Positions 35,228-49,094 of a stretch of DNA of 64,000 nt are shown here, piece by piece. The stretch comes from Squalus acanthias (taxonomy: Eukaryota). Under the pieces are notes generated by a model. The model did not search any database, had not been told where the DNA came from, and saw only the letters and a program-made list of their open reading frames with translations. A program made the position numbers and the translations under genes. Within the stretch, counting starts at the first letter, position 1; every line of letters starts with the position of its first letter. The stretch spans positions 2,916,001-2,980,000 of the forward strand of contig JASTWF010000033.1 in assembly GCA_030390025.1 (NCBI GenBank). Reading direction: 5' to 3'.

Positions 35228-38200
35228 CTCCTCCCCACCCCATCTAATATCCTCAGCTCCTCTCCACCCAACCTAATATCCTCAGCTCCTCCCAAACCCA
35301 CCTAATATGCTCAGCTCCTCCTGAACCCACCTGATATCATCAGCTCCTCCCAACCCCACCTAATATCCTCAGCTCCTCCCCACCCCACCTAATGTCCTCA
35401 GCTCCTCCCCACCACATCTAACATCCTCAGCTTCACCAAACTCCACCTAATATCCTCAGCTCCACCCCACCCCACCTAATATCCTCAGCTCCTCCCCACC
35501 ACACCTAATATCCTCAGCTCCGCCCGACCCCACCTAATATCCTCAGCTCCTCCCCACCCCACCTAATACCCTCAGCTCCTCCCCACCCCACCTAATATCC
35601 TCAGCTCCTCCTCACCTCACCTAATATCCTCAGCTCCTCCCCACCCCACCTAATATCCTCAGATCCACCCCACCCCACCTAATATCCTCAGCTCCTCCCC
35701 ACCCCACCTAATATCATCAGCTCCTCCCCACCACACCTAATATCCTCAGCTCCTCCCCACTCCACCTAATATCCACAGCTCCTCCCCACCCCGCCTAATA
35801 TCCTCAGCTCCCCCCCACCCCACCTAATATCCTCAGCTCCGCCCCACCTATTATCGTCAGCTCCTCCCCGCCAAACCTAATATCCTGAGCTCCACCCCAC
35901 CCCAACTAATATCCTCAGCTCCCCCCAATCCACCTAACATCCTCAGCTCCTCCCCACCCCATCTAATATCCTCCGCACCTCCACTCCACACCTAATATCC
36001 TCAGCACCTCCTCACAACACCATATATCCTCAGCTCCTCCCCAACCCACCTAATATCTCATCTTCTTTCCACCCCAAATAATATCACCAGCTCCGCCCCA
36101 ACCCAACTAATATCCTCAGCTCCTCCCCACCCCACCTAATATCCTCAGCTCCACCCCACCCCACCTAATATCCTCAGCTCCTCCCCACCCCACCTAACAT
36201 CCTCAGCTCCTCCACACCCCACCTAATATCCTGCGCTCCTACCCACCCCACCAAATATCCTCAGCTTCTCTCCACGCCACCTAATATCCTCAGCTCCTCC
36301 ACACCCCACCTAATATCCTCAGCTCCTCCCCATCACAGCCAATATCCTCAGCTCCTCCCCACCCCACCTAATATCCTCAGCTCCTCCCCACCCCACCAAA
36401 TATCCTCAGCTCCTCCCCACCCCACCTAATATCCTCAGCTCCTCCCCACCCCACCTAATATCCTCAGCTCCTCCCCAACCCACCTAATATCCTCAGCTCC
36501 TTCCCACCCCACCTAATATCCTCAGCTCCTCCCCACCCCACCTAATACCCTCAGCTCCTCCTGAACCCACCTAATATCCTCAGCTCCTCCCCAACTCACC
36601 TGATAGTCTCAGCTCCTCTCCATCCCACCTAATATCCTCAGCTCCTCCTGAACCCACCAAATATCATCAGCTCCTCCCCACCACAACTAATATCCTCAGC
36701 TCCTCCCCACCCCACCTTATATCCTCAGCTCCTCCACACCCCACCTAATATCCTCCGCACCTCCACTCCCCACCTAATATCCTCAGCACCTCCCCACAAC
36801 ACCATAAATCCTCAGCTCCTCCCCAACCCACCTATCATCCTCAGCTCCTCCCCAACCCCCCTAATATCCTCAGCTCCTTCTCACCCCACCTAATATATCA
36901 TCTCCTTCCCACCCCAACTAATATCCTCAGCTCCGCCCCACACCACCTAATATTCTCAGCTCCTCCAAACCCCACCTAATATCCTCAGCTCCTCCCCAAC
37001 CCACCTAATATCCTCAGCTCCTCCCCACCCCACCTAATATCCTCAGCTCCTCCCAACCCACCTAATATCCTCAGCTCCTCCCCACCCCACCCCACCTAAT
37101 ATCTTCAGCTCCTCCCCACCCCACCTAATATTCTCAGCTCCTTCCCACCCGACCTAATATCCTCAGCTCCTCCCCACCCCACCTAATATCCTCAGCTCCT
37201 CCCCACTCCACCTAATATCCTCTCCTCCTCCCCACCCCACCTAATATCCTCAGCTCCTCCCCACCCCACCTAACGTCCTCAGCTTCTCCCCACCCCAACT
37301 AATATCCTCAGCTCCTCCCCCCCCACCTTCTATCCTCAGCTCCTCCCCATAACACCTAATATCCTCAGCTCCTCCCCAACACACATAATATCCTCAGCTC
37401 CTCCCCATCCCACCTAATATCCACAGCTCCTCCCCACTCCACCTAATATCCTCTCCTCCTCCCCACCCCACCTAATATCCTCAGCTCCTCCCCACCCCAC
37501 CTAACGTCCTCAGCTTCTCCCCACCCCAACTAATATCCTCAGCTCCTCCCCCCCACCTTCTATCCTCAGCTCCTCCCCATAACACCTAATATCCTCAGCT
37601 CCTCCACACCCCACCTAATATCCTCAGCTCCTCCCCACCCAACCTAATATCCTCAGCTCCTCCCCACCCCACCTAATATCCTCAGCTCGTCCCCACCCCA
37701 CCTAATATCCTCAGCTCCTCCCCACCCCACCAAATGTCCTCAGCTCCTCCCCACCCCACCTAATATCCTCAGCTCCTCCCCACCCCACCTAATATCCTCA
37801 GCTCCTGCCCGCTCCACCTAATATAATCAGCTCCTCCCCACCCTACCTAATATCCTCAGCGCCTCCCCACTCCACCTAATATCCTCAGCTCCTCCCCACC
37901 CCACCTAATATCCTCAGCTCTCCCCCACCCCACCGAATATCCTCAGCTCCTCCCCACCCCACCTAATAGCCTCTGCACCTCCCCTCCCCACCTAATATCC
38001 TCAGCTCCGCCCCACATAATATCATCAGTTCATCCCCGCCAAACCTAATATCCTCAGCTCCACCCCACCTCAACTAATATCCTCAGCTCCCCCCAACGCA
38101 CCTAACATCCTCAGCTCCTCCACACCCCACCTAATATCCTCAGCTCCTCCACACCCTACCTAATATCCTCCACACCTCCACTCCACACCTAATATCCTCA

Positions 38201-41200
38201 GCACCTCCCCACAACACCATATATCCTCAGCTCCTCCCCACCCCACCTAACATCCTCAGCTCCTCTCCACCCCACCTAATATCTCATCTCCTTTCCACGC
38301 CAACTAATATCACCAGCTACGCCGCAACCCACCTAATATCCTCAGCTCCTCCTCACACACCTAATATCCTCAGCTCCTCCCCACCCCACCTTATATCCTC
38401 AGCTCCTCCCCACCACACCTAATATCCTCAGCTCCGCCCCACCCCACCTAATATCCTCAGCTCCTCCCCACCTCACCTAATATCCTCAGCTCCTCCACAC
38501 CCCACCTAATATCCTCAGATCCTCCACACCCCACCGAATATCCTCAGCTCCTCCCCACCACACCTAACATCCTCAGCACCGGCCCACCCTACCTAATATC
38601 CGCAGCTCCTCCCCACCCTACCTAATATCCTCAACTCCTCCACACCTCACCTAATATCCTCAGCTCCTCCCCACCTCACCTAAAATCCTCAGCTCCTCCC
38701 CACCCCACCTAATATCCTCAGCTGCTCCCCACCCCAACTAATATCCTCAGCTCCTTCCCATCCCACCTAATATACTCAGCTCCTCCCCACCCCACCTAAT
38801 AACCTCAGCTACACCCCACCAAACCTATTATCCTCAGCTCACCCCCACCCAACCGAATATCCTCAGCTCCTCCCCAGCACACCTAATATCCTCCGCACCA
38901 CCCCTCCCCACCTAATATCCTCAGCACCTCCCTAAACACCATATATCCTCAGCTCCTCCCCACCCCACCTAACATCCTCAGCTCCTCCCCACCCCACCTA
39001 ATATCCTCAGCTGCTCCCCACCCCAACTAATATCCTCAGCTCCTCCCCACCCCACCTAACATCCTCAGCTCCTCCACACCTAACCTAATATCCTCAGCTC
39101 CTCCACACCCCACCTAATATCCTCCGCACCTCCACTCCCCACCTTATATCCTCAGCACCTCCCCACAACACCATAAATCCTCAGCTCCTCCCCAACCCAC
39201 CTAACATCCTCAGCTCCTCCCCAACCCACCTAATATCCTCAGCTCCTTCTCACCCCACCTAATATCCTCAGCTCCTCCCCAACCCACCTAATATCCTCAG
39301 CTCCTCCCCACCCCACCTTACATCCTCAGCTCCTCCCCACCCCACCTAATATCCTCTGCTCCTCCTGAACCCACCTAATATCCTCAGCTCCTCCTGAACC
39401 AACCTAATATCCACAGCTCCTCCCCACCCCACCTAATATCCTCAGCTCCTCCACACCCCACCTAATATCCTCAGATCCTCCACACCCCACCTAATATCCT
39501 CAGCTCCTCCCCACCACACCTAATATCCTCAGCTCCTCCACACCCCACCTAATATCCACAGCTCCTCCCCACTCCACCTAATATCCTCTCCTCCTCCCCA
39601 CCCCACCTTATATCCTCAGCTCCTCCCCACCCCACCTAACGTCCTCAGCTTCTCCCCACCCCAACTAATATCCTCAGCTCCTCCCCCCCCACCTTCTATC
39701 CTCAGCTCCTCCCCATAACACCTAATATCCTCAGCTCCTCCACACCCCACCTAATATCCTCAGCTCCTCCCCACCCAACCTAATATCCTCAGCTCATCCC
39801 CACCCCACCTAATATCCTCAGCTCGTCCCCACCCCACCTAATATCCTCAGCTCCTCCCCACCCCACCAAATGTCCTCAGCTCCTCCCCACCCCACCTAAT
39901 ATCCTCAGCTCCTCCCCACCCCACCTAATATCCTCAGCTCCTCCCCGCTCCACCTAATATACTCAGCTCCTCCCCACCCCACCTAATATCCTCAGCGCCT
40001 CCCCACTCCACCTAATATCCTCAGCTCCTCCCCACCCCACCTAATATCCTCAGCTCTCCCCCACCCCACCGAATATCCTCAGCTCCTCCCCACCCCACCT
40101 AATATCCTCTGCACCTCCCCTCCCCACCTAATATCCTCAGCTCCGCCCCACATAATATCATCAGTTCATCCCCGCCAAACCTAATATCCTCAGCTCCACC
40201 CCACCTCAACTAATATCCTCAGCTCCCCCCAACGCACCTAACATCCTCAGCTCCTCCACACCCCACCTAATATCCTCAGCTCCTCCACACCCCACCTAAT
40301 ATCCTCAGCTCCTCCCCAGCACACCTAATATCCTCCGCACCACCCTTACCCACCTAATATCCTCAGCACCTCCCTAAACACCATATATCCTCAGCTCCTC
40401 CCCACCCCACCTAACATCCTCAGCTCCTCCGCACCCAACCTAATATCCTCAGCTCCTCCACACCCCACCTAATATCCTCCGCACCTCCACTCCCCACCTT
40501 ATATCCTCAGCACCTCCCCACAACACCATAAATCCTCAGCTCCTCCCCAACCCACCTAACATCCTCAGCTCCTCCCCAACCCACCTAATATCCTCAGCTC
40601 CTTCTCACCCCACCTAATATCTCATCTCCTTCCCACCCCAACTAATTTCCTCAGCTCCGCCCCACCCCACCTAATATTCTCAGCTCCTCCAAACCCCACC
40701 TAATATCCTCCGCTCCTCCCCACCCCACCTAATATCCTCAGCTCCTCCCCAACCCACCTAATATCCTCAGCTCCTCCCCACCCCACCTAATATCCTCAGC
40801 TCCTCCCCAACCCACCTAATATCCTCAGCTCCACCCCACCCCACCTTACATCCTCAGCTCCTCCCCACCCCACCTAATATCCTCTGCTCCTCCTGAACCC
40901 ACCTAATATCCTCAGCTCCTCCTGCACCAACCTAATATCCACAGCTCCTCCCCACCCCACCTAATATCCTCAGCTCCTCCACACCCCACCTAATATCCTC
41001 AGATCCTCCACACCCCACCTAATATCCTCAGCTCCTCCCCACCACACCTAATATCCTCAGCACCGGCCCACCCCACCTAATATCCGCAGCTCCTCCCCAC
41101 CCTACCTAATATCCTCAACTCCTCCACACCCCACCTAATATCCTCAGCTCCTCCCCACCTCACCTAAAATCGTCAGCTCCTCCCCACCCCACCTAATATC

Positions 41201-44200
41201 CTCAGCTGCTCCCCACCCCAACTAATATCCTCAGCTCCTTCCCATCCCACCTAATATACTCAGCTCCTCCCCACCCCACCTAATAACCTCAGCTACACCC
41301 CACCAAACCTATTATCCTCAGCTCACCCCCACCCAACCTAACATCCTCAGCTCCTCCCCAACCCACCTAATATCCTCAGCTCCTTCTCACCCCACCTAAT
41401 ATCTCATCTCCTTCCCACCCCAACTAATATCCTCAGCTCCGCACCACCCCACCTAATATTCTCAGCTCCTCCAAACCCAACCTAATATCCTCCGCTCCTC
41501 CCCACCCCACCTAATATCCTCAGCTCCTCCCCAACCCACCTAATATCCTCAGCTCCTCCCCACCCCACCTAATATCCTCAGCTCCTCCCCAACCCACCTA
41601 ATATCCTCAGCTCCTCCCCACCCCACCCCACCTAATATCTTCAGCTCCTCCCCACCCCACCTAATATCCTCAGCTCCTTCCCACCCGAACTAATATCCTC
41701 AGCTCCTCCCCACCTCACCTAATATCCTCAGCTCCTCCCCACCCCAACTAATATCCTCAGCTCCTCCCCACCCGACCTAATATCCTCAGCTCCTCCCCAT
41801 CCCACATAATATCCGCAGCTCCTCCCCATCCCACCTAATATCCTCAGCTCCTCCCCACCCCACCTAATATCCTCTCCTCCTCCCCACCCCACCTAATATC
41901 CTCAGCTCCTCCCCACCCCACCTAACGTCCTCAGCTTCTCCCCACCCCAACTAATATCCTCAGCTCCTCCCCACCCCACCTAATATCCTCAGCTCCTCCC
42001 CATAACATCTAATATCCTCAGCTCCTTCCCACCCCACCTAATATCCTCAGCTCCTCCCCACCCAACCTAATATCCTCAGCTCCTCCCCACCCCACCTAAT
42101 ATCCTCAGCTCCTCCACACCCCACCTAATATCCTCAGCTCCTCCCCACCTGACATAATATCCTCAACATCTCCCCAACCCACCTAATATCCTCAGCTCCT
42201 CCCCACCCCATCTAATATCCTCAACTCCTCCCCACCCCATCTAATATCCTCAACTCCTCCACACCCCACCTAATATCCTCCACACCTCCACTCCACACCT
42301 AATATCCTCAGCTCCTCCCCACAACACCATATATCCTCAGCTCCTCCCCACCCCACCTAACATCCTCAGCTCCTCTCCACCCCACCTAATATCTCATCTC
42401 CTTTCCACGCCAACTAATATCACCAGCTCCGCCGCAACCCACCTAATATCCTCAGCTCCTCCTCACACACCTAATATCCTCAGCTCCTCCCCACCCCACC
42501 TTATATCCTCAGCTCCTCCCCACCACACCTAATATCCTCAGCTCCGCCCCACCCCACCTAATATCCTCAGCTCCTCCCCACCCCACCTAATATCCTCAGC
42601 TCCTCCACACCCCACCTAATATCCTCAGATCCTCCACACCCCACCTAATATCCTCAGCTCCTCCCCACCACACCTAATATCCTCAGCACCGGCCCACCCC
42701 ACCTAATATCCGCAGCTCCTCCCCACCCTACCTAATATCCTCAACTCCTCCACACCTCACCTAATATCCTCAGCTCCTCCCCACCTCACCTAAAATCCTC
42801 AGCTCCTCCCCACCCCACCTAATATCCTCAGCTGCTCCCCACCCCAACTAATATCCTCAGCTCTTTCCCATCCCACCTAATATACTCAGCTCCTCCCCAC
42901 CCCACCTAATATCCTCAGCTACACCCCACCAAACCTATTATCCTCAGCTCACCCCCACCCAACCGAATATCCTCAGCTCCTCCCCAGCACACCTAATATC
43001 CTCCGCACCACCCCTCCCCACCTAATATCCTCAGCACCTCCCTAAACACCATATATCCTCAGCTCCTCCCCACCCCACCTAACATCCTCAGCTCCTCCAC
43101 ACCCAACCTAATATCCTCAGCTCCTCCACACCCCACCTAATATCCTCCGCACCTCCACTCCCCACCTTATATCCTCAGCACCTCCCCACAACACCATAAA
43201 TCCTCAGCTCATCCCCAACCCACCTAACATCCTCAGCTCCTCCCCAACCCACCTAATATCCTCAGCTCCTTCTCACCCCACCTAATATCTCATCTCCTTC
43301 CCACCCCAACTAATATCCTCAGCTCCGCCCCATCCCACCTAATATTCTCAGCTCCTCCAAACCCCACCTAATATCCTCCGCTCCTCCCCACCCCACCTAA
43401 TATCCTCAGCTCCTCCCCAACCCACCTAATATCCTCAGCTCCTCCCCATCCCACCTAATATCCTCAGCTCCTCCCCAACCCACCTAATATCCTCAGCTCC
43501 TCCCCACCCCACCTTACATCCTCAGCTCCTCCCCACCCCACCTAATATCCTCTGCTCCTCCTGAACCCACCTAATATCCTCAGCTCCTCCTGAACCAACC
43601 TAATATCCACAGCTCCTCCCCACCCCACCTAATATCCTCAGCTCCTCCACACCCCACCTAATATCCTCAGATCCTCCACACCCCACCTAATATCCGCAGC
43701 TCCTCCCCACCCTACCTAATATCCTCAACTCCTCCACACCCCACCTAATATCCTCAGCTCCTCCCCACCTCACCTAAAATCCTCAGCTCCTCCCCACCCC
43801 ACCTAATATCCTCAGCTGCTCCCCACCCCAACTAATATCCTCAGCTCCTTCCCATCCCACCTAATATACTCAGCTCCTCCCCACCCCACCTAATAACCTC
43901 AGCTACACCCCACCAAACCTATTATCCTCAGCTCACCCCCAACCAATCTAACATCCTCAGCTACTCCCCAACCCACCTAATATCTCATCTCCTTCCCACC
44001 CCAACTAATATCCTCAGCTCCGCACCACCCCACCTAATATTCTCAGCTCCTCCAAACCCCACCTAATATCCTCCGCTCCTCCCCACCCCACCTAATATCC
44101 TCAGCTCCTCCCCAACCCACCTACATCCTCAGCTCCTCCCCAACCCACCTAATATCCTCAGCTCCTTCTCACCCCACCTAATATCTCATCTCCTTCCCAC

Positions 44201-46373
44201 CCCAACTAATATCCTCAGCTCCGCCCCATCCCACCTAATATTCTCAGCTCCTCCAAACCCCACCTAATATCCTCCGCTCCTCCCCACCCCACCTAATATC
44301 CTCAGCTCCTCCCCAACCCACCTAATATCCTCAGCTCCTCCCCATCCCACCTAATATCCTCAGCTCCTCCCCAACCCACCTAATATCCTCAGCTCCTCCC
44401 CACCCCACCTTACATCCTCAGCTCCTCCCCACCCCAACTAATATCCTCAGCTCCTTCCCATCCCACCTAATATCCTCAGCTCCTCCACACCCCACCTAAT
44501 ATCCTCAGCTCCTCCCCACCTCACCTAAAATCCTCAGCTCCTCCCCACCCCACCTAATATCCTCAGCTGCTCCCCACCCCAACTAATATCCTCAGCTCCT
44601 TCCCATCCCACCTAATATACTCAGCTCCTCCCCACCCCACCTAATAACCTCAGCTACACCCCACCAAACCTATTATCCTCAGCTCACCCCCAACCAACCT
44701 AACATCCTCAGCTCCTCCCCAACCCACCTAATATCTCATCTGCTTCCCACCCCAACTAATATCCTCAGCTCCGCACCACCCCACCTAATATTCTCAGCTC
44801 CTCCAAACCCCACCTAATATCCTCCGCTCCTCCCCACCCCACCTAATATCCTCAGCTCCTCCCCAACCCACCTAATATCCTCAGCTCCTCCCCACCCCAC
44901 CTAATATCCTCAGCTCCTCCCCTCCCCACCTAATATCCTCAGCTCCTCCCCACCCCACCCCACCTAATATCTTCAGCTCCTCCCCACCCCACCTAATATC
45001 CTCAGCTCCTCCCCACCTCACCTAATATCCTCAGCTCCTCCCCACCCCAACTAATATCCTCAGCTCCTCCCCACCCGACCTAATATCCTCAGCTCCTCCC
45101 CATCCCACATAATATCCGCAGCTCCTCCCCATCCCACCTAATATCCTCAGCTCCGCCCCACCCCACCTAATATCCTCTCCTCCTCCCCACCCCACCTAAT
45201 ATCCTCAGCTCCTCCCCACCCCACCTAACGTCCTCAGCTTCTCCCCACCCCAACTAATATCCTCAGCTCCTCCCCACCCCACCTAATATCCTCAGCTCCT
45301 CCCCATAACATCTAATATCCTCAGCTCCTCCCCACCCCACCTAATATCCTCAGCTCCTCCCCACCCAACCTAATATCCTCAGCTCCTCCCCACCCCACCT
45401 AATATCCTCAGCTCCTCCACACCCCACCTAATATCCTCAGCTCCTCCCCACCTGACATAATATCCTCAACATCTCCCCAACCCACCTAATATCCTCAGCT
45501 CCTCCCCACCCCATCTAATATCCTCAACTCCTCCCCACCCCACCTGATATCCTCAGCTCCTCCACACCCCACCTAATATCCTCAGCTCCTCCCCACCCCA
45601 CCTAATATCCTCAGCTCCTTCCCACCCCACCTAATATCCTCAGCTCCTCCCCACCTCACCTAATATCCTCAGTTCCTCCTCACCCTAACTAATATCCTCA
45701 GCTGCTCCCCACCCCACCTAATATCCTCAACTCCTCCCCAACCCACCTAATATCCTCAGCTCCACCCCACCCCAACTAATATCCTCAGCTCCTCCCCACC
45801 ACACCTAATATCCTCAGCTCCTCCTGAATCCACCTAATATCCTCAGCTCCTCCCCACCCCATCTAATATCCTCAGCTCCTCCCCACACCACCTAATATCC
45901 TCAGCTCCTCCCCACCCCACCTTACATCCTCAGCTCCTCCCCACCCCACCTAATATCCTCTGCTCCTCCTGAACCCACCTAATATCCTCAGCTCCTCCTG
46001 AACCAACCTAATATCCTCAGCTTCTCCCCACCCCACCTAATATCCTCAGCTCCTCCCCACCCCACCTAATATCCTCAGCTCCTCCCCACTCCACCTAATG
46101 TCCTCAGCTCCTCCTGAACCCACCTAATATCATCAGCTCCTCCCCACCCCACCTAATATCCTCAACTCCTCCCCACCCCACCTAATATCCTCAGCTCCTC
46201 CTGAACCCACCTAATATCCTCAGCTCCTCCTGAACCCACCTAATAACCTCAGCTCCTCCCCACCCCACTAATATCCTCAGCTCCTCCCCACCCCACCTAC
46301 AATCCTCAGCTCCCCCCCACCCCATCTAATATCCTCAGCTCCACCCCACCTAATATCCTCAGCTCCTCCCCAC
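35228..46373. repeat. 29-bp satellite array (~11.1 kb), consensus CCTAATATCCTCAGCTCCTCCCCACCCCA
   Basis: About 380 units with extreme C/G strand asymmetry and recurrent variant blocks. Confidence 0.98.
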
Positions 46374-46589
46374 CGATGTTTCCTCGAATTTTTTTGCACT
46401 GAGCGGCCATGAACTCCTTTGTGCGACCTTTTCGTCCGTCGGCAAATTTTACAACAACAAATTTTAGAACAACTTTTAGAAAAGCAAGTTTTACAACAGC
46501 GACAACAACAACAACCAGTTAAAATTATATATACAGTAATGAGATATTGTAACCCCATCATCTCAAATCAATGGACAATCAGACAAGAT

Positions 46590-46870
46590 TCTGCAAGTTT
46601 AACATAACTTCCCTTCTTTTGAAATCTATTCCTCTAGAAATGAACCCGTGCTTTATTTCCACTTTTATGGCATTTTAACCGGCGTTGCTACTTCTGATGA
46701 TTCATGAATCTATACCCCGAGATCCCTTTGCACCTCTGCCCCATTTAGACTCTTATTTTGCAAGGAATAGCTGGGGTCCTTTTTCCTGCTAACAAAATGC
46801 ACCACCTCACACGTACCCATATTGAAATTAATTTGTCATTTAAATGCCCATTCTGCAAGTTTGATTACGG
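46590..46870 (-). mobile_element. Old CR1 fragment
   Basis: Similar to 9650-9910 and 26730-27005 (CTCTAGAAATGAACCC..CCCATTCTGCAAGTTT). Confidence 0.65.
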
Positions 46871-47437
46871 TAGAATTCATTAAAAGCTTTTAGTTCGTCA
46901 TGTACAAACTCTATTTAAACAAATCCTTGTCAGAAATGAATAGGATATAAAAGAACTGCAGAATAATAAATTAACACTTCAGAAACGTCACTCAGTTACA
47001 CATCGACAAATAATCCAAAAGCCCAAGGTGATCTGAATGAGGCAGATCTATTCGTGGAATTTGTATTAATTTTAAGGTTTTCAACGTATTAGCAAATCTC
47101 TCATGTCACTATAGCAATGGCAGCTCAAGCAGCAGGAGCAGCGGCTTTCCTATGGCGCTGACGTGCTGTACGTCCAGATATGTAATCAGAATATTAATCA
47201 CAATGTAACCAGACAAACAACAAATATAAAGTGCTGAAGTTCTTTAGTTCACAGTATTAAAAAGAATTGAACAAAAACGGGTATCCGTATTTCCAACTTC
47301 AATCACTTCCATTAATAACCGTGGTCTTATTGAACCAGAACACCCTCCATGTAACATGTCAGAAATGCAGCACTTATTCACAAGTGCAGAAAAACACACA
47401 CACAATTTCCGTCATTGAATTAAATCAAAAAGCAGGA

Positions 47438-47620
47438 AGTCATTAAATATATTCAAGGATGAGTTAGATATATTTCTTAAAGCTAAAGGTATCGAGGGAT
47501 ATGGGGAAAATGCAGGTACAGGGTACTGAGTTTAGATGATCAGCCATGATCTCATCGAATGGCGGAGCAGGCTCGAGGGGCCGAATGGCCTACTCCTGCT
47601 CCTATCTTCTATGTTTCTAT
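47438..47620 (+). mobile_element. CR1 extreme 3' end
   Basis: Nearly identical to 140-320, including the hairpin. Confidence 0.88.
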
Positions 47621-48838
47621 GGACCATGTGAAGGTGAGGGATGGGTGGAAATTGGACGCAAAGTGTATGAAATTTTCTAGTTCAGGGCGAGAGCAGGAAC
47701 CAGCACTGATACACTCATTAATGCTCCGGAAAAGGAGGTGAGGGAGGGGACCTGAGTAGGACTGGAACAAAGAATGTTCCATATATCCCAGAAAAGGTAA
47801 GCATAGCTAGGACCCTTGCGGGTACCCATAGCAACACCTTGATTTGGAGGAAATGAGTGGATCAAAGGAGAAGTTGTTCAATGTGAGAACAAGTTCAGCC
47901 AGGCGGAGGAGGGTGGCGGTGGATGGGGACTGGTTGTGCCTTTTTTCAAGGAAGAAGCGGAGCGCCCTCAGGCCATCCTGGTGGGGGATGGAGGTGTAGA
48001 GGGATTGTACATCCATGGTGAAAAGGAAGCGGTTGGGGCCAGGAAACTGGAAACTGTTAAAGTGGCGAGGGCGTCAGAGGAATTGCGGATGTAGGTGGGA
48101 AGAGACTGGACAAGGGGAGAAAAAATAGAGTCGAGATAGGAAGAGATAAGTTCCATGGGGCAAGAACAGGCTGAAAAGATGGGTCTACCAGGGCAGTCCT
48201 GTTTGTGGGTCTTGGGAAGGAGGTAGAAGCGGGCTGTGCGGGGTTGGGGAACTATGAGGTTGGCGGCCATAGGGGGAAGATCCCCAGAGGAGATGAGGTC
48301 AGTGACCGTCTTGGAAACGGTGGCTTGAAGTTCGGTAGTGGGGTCATGGTCTAGGTGGAGGTAGGAGGAGGTGTCGGAGAGTTGGCGTTCAGCTTCTGCT
48401 AGGTAGAGGTCGGTTCGCCAAACAACAACAGCGCCACCCTTGTCAGCAGGTTTAATGACAATGTCGGGGTTGGATCGGAGAGAATGGAGTGCTGCAAGTT
48501 CAGAGGGAGGTAGGTTGGAGTGAGTGAGGGGAGCAGAGAAATTGAGATGGCCGATGTCACGGCGGCAGTTAACAATGAAAAGATCTGGAGAGGGTGAGAG
48601 GCCAGAGGGAGGGGTCCAGGTGGAACGAGAAATCTGAAAGCGGGAGAAAGGGTCAGCCGTGCGGGGGGAAGTCTCCTGGCCAAAGAAGTGGGCACGGAGA
48701 CGAAGGCGGCGGAAAAAGAGCTCAGCATCGCGCCGAGCTCGAAATTCATTGAGGTGGGGGCGTAAGGGGATGAAGCTCAGGCCTTTGCTGAGGACTGATC
48801 GTTCGGGGTCAGAGAGGGGAAGGTCAGAGGGGATGTCT
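47621..48838 (-). mobile_element. Penelope-like element N-terminal/RT fragment
   Basis: LSKGLSF, IKPADKGGAVVV, FYLLPKTHK..PGRPI, MDVQSLYT, QGVAMGT. Confidence 0.9.
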
Positions 48839-49066
48839 CTACTTACCATAGACCACCCCTTTTGTTCTGTTATTCCTCCCCCCAGCCTCCCCCTTGCTTT
48901 TTTATCTGTTTCATTTCCTGCTTTTTTCTCAGTTCTGACGAAGGGTTTCGACGTGAAACATTAACTCTGTTTCTCTCTCCACGGATGTTGCCTGGCCTGC
49001 TGAGTTTTTCCAGCGTTTTTTGTTGTTGTTTCAATTTTCCAGCATCCGCAGTATTTTGCTATCGTA
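48839..49066 (+). mobile_element. Inverted PLE pLTR with decayed hammerhead (~48931-48966)
   Basis: AGTTCTGACGAAGGGTTTCGACGTGAAACATTAACT. The 3' end matches 13080-13165. Confidence 0.85.
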
Positions 49067-49094
49067 CATGAATGTTGGAATTGGCTAAGTGCGG

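Noticed and set aside
35228..46373. Telomeric repeat or human PRDM9 13-mer array
   Set aside because: Only TTAGG, not TTAGGG, occurs once per unit, and the unit does not match CCNCCNTNNCCNC.
46277..46607. Cys-rich or Gln-rich small proteins
   Set aside because: They are translations of a short low-complexity (ACA)n/TTTTACAAC stretch next to the satellite.
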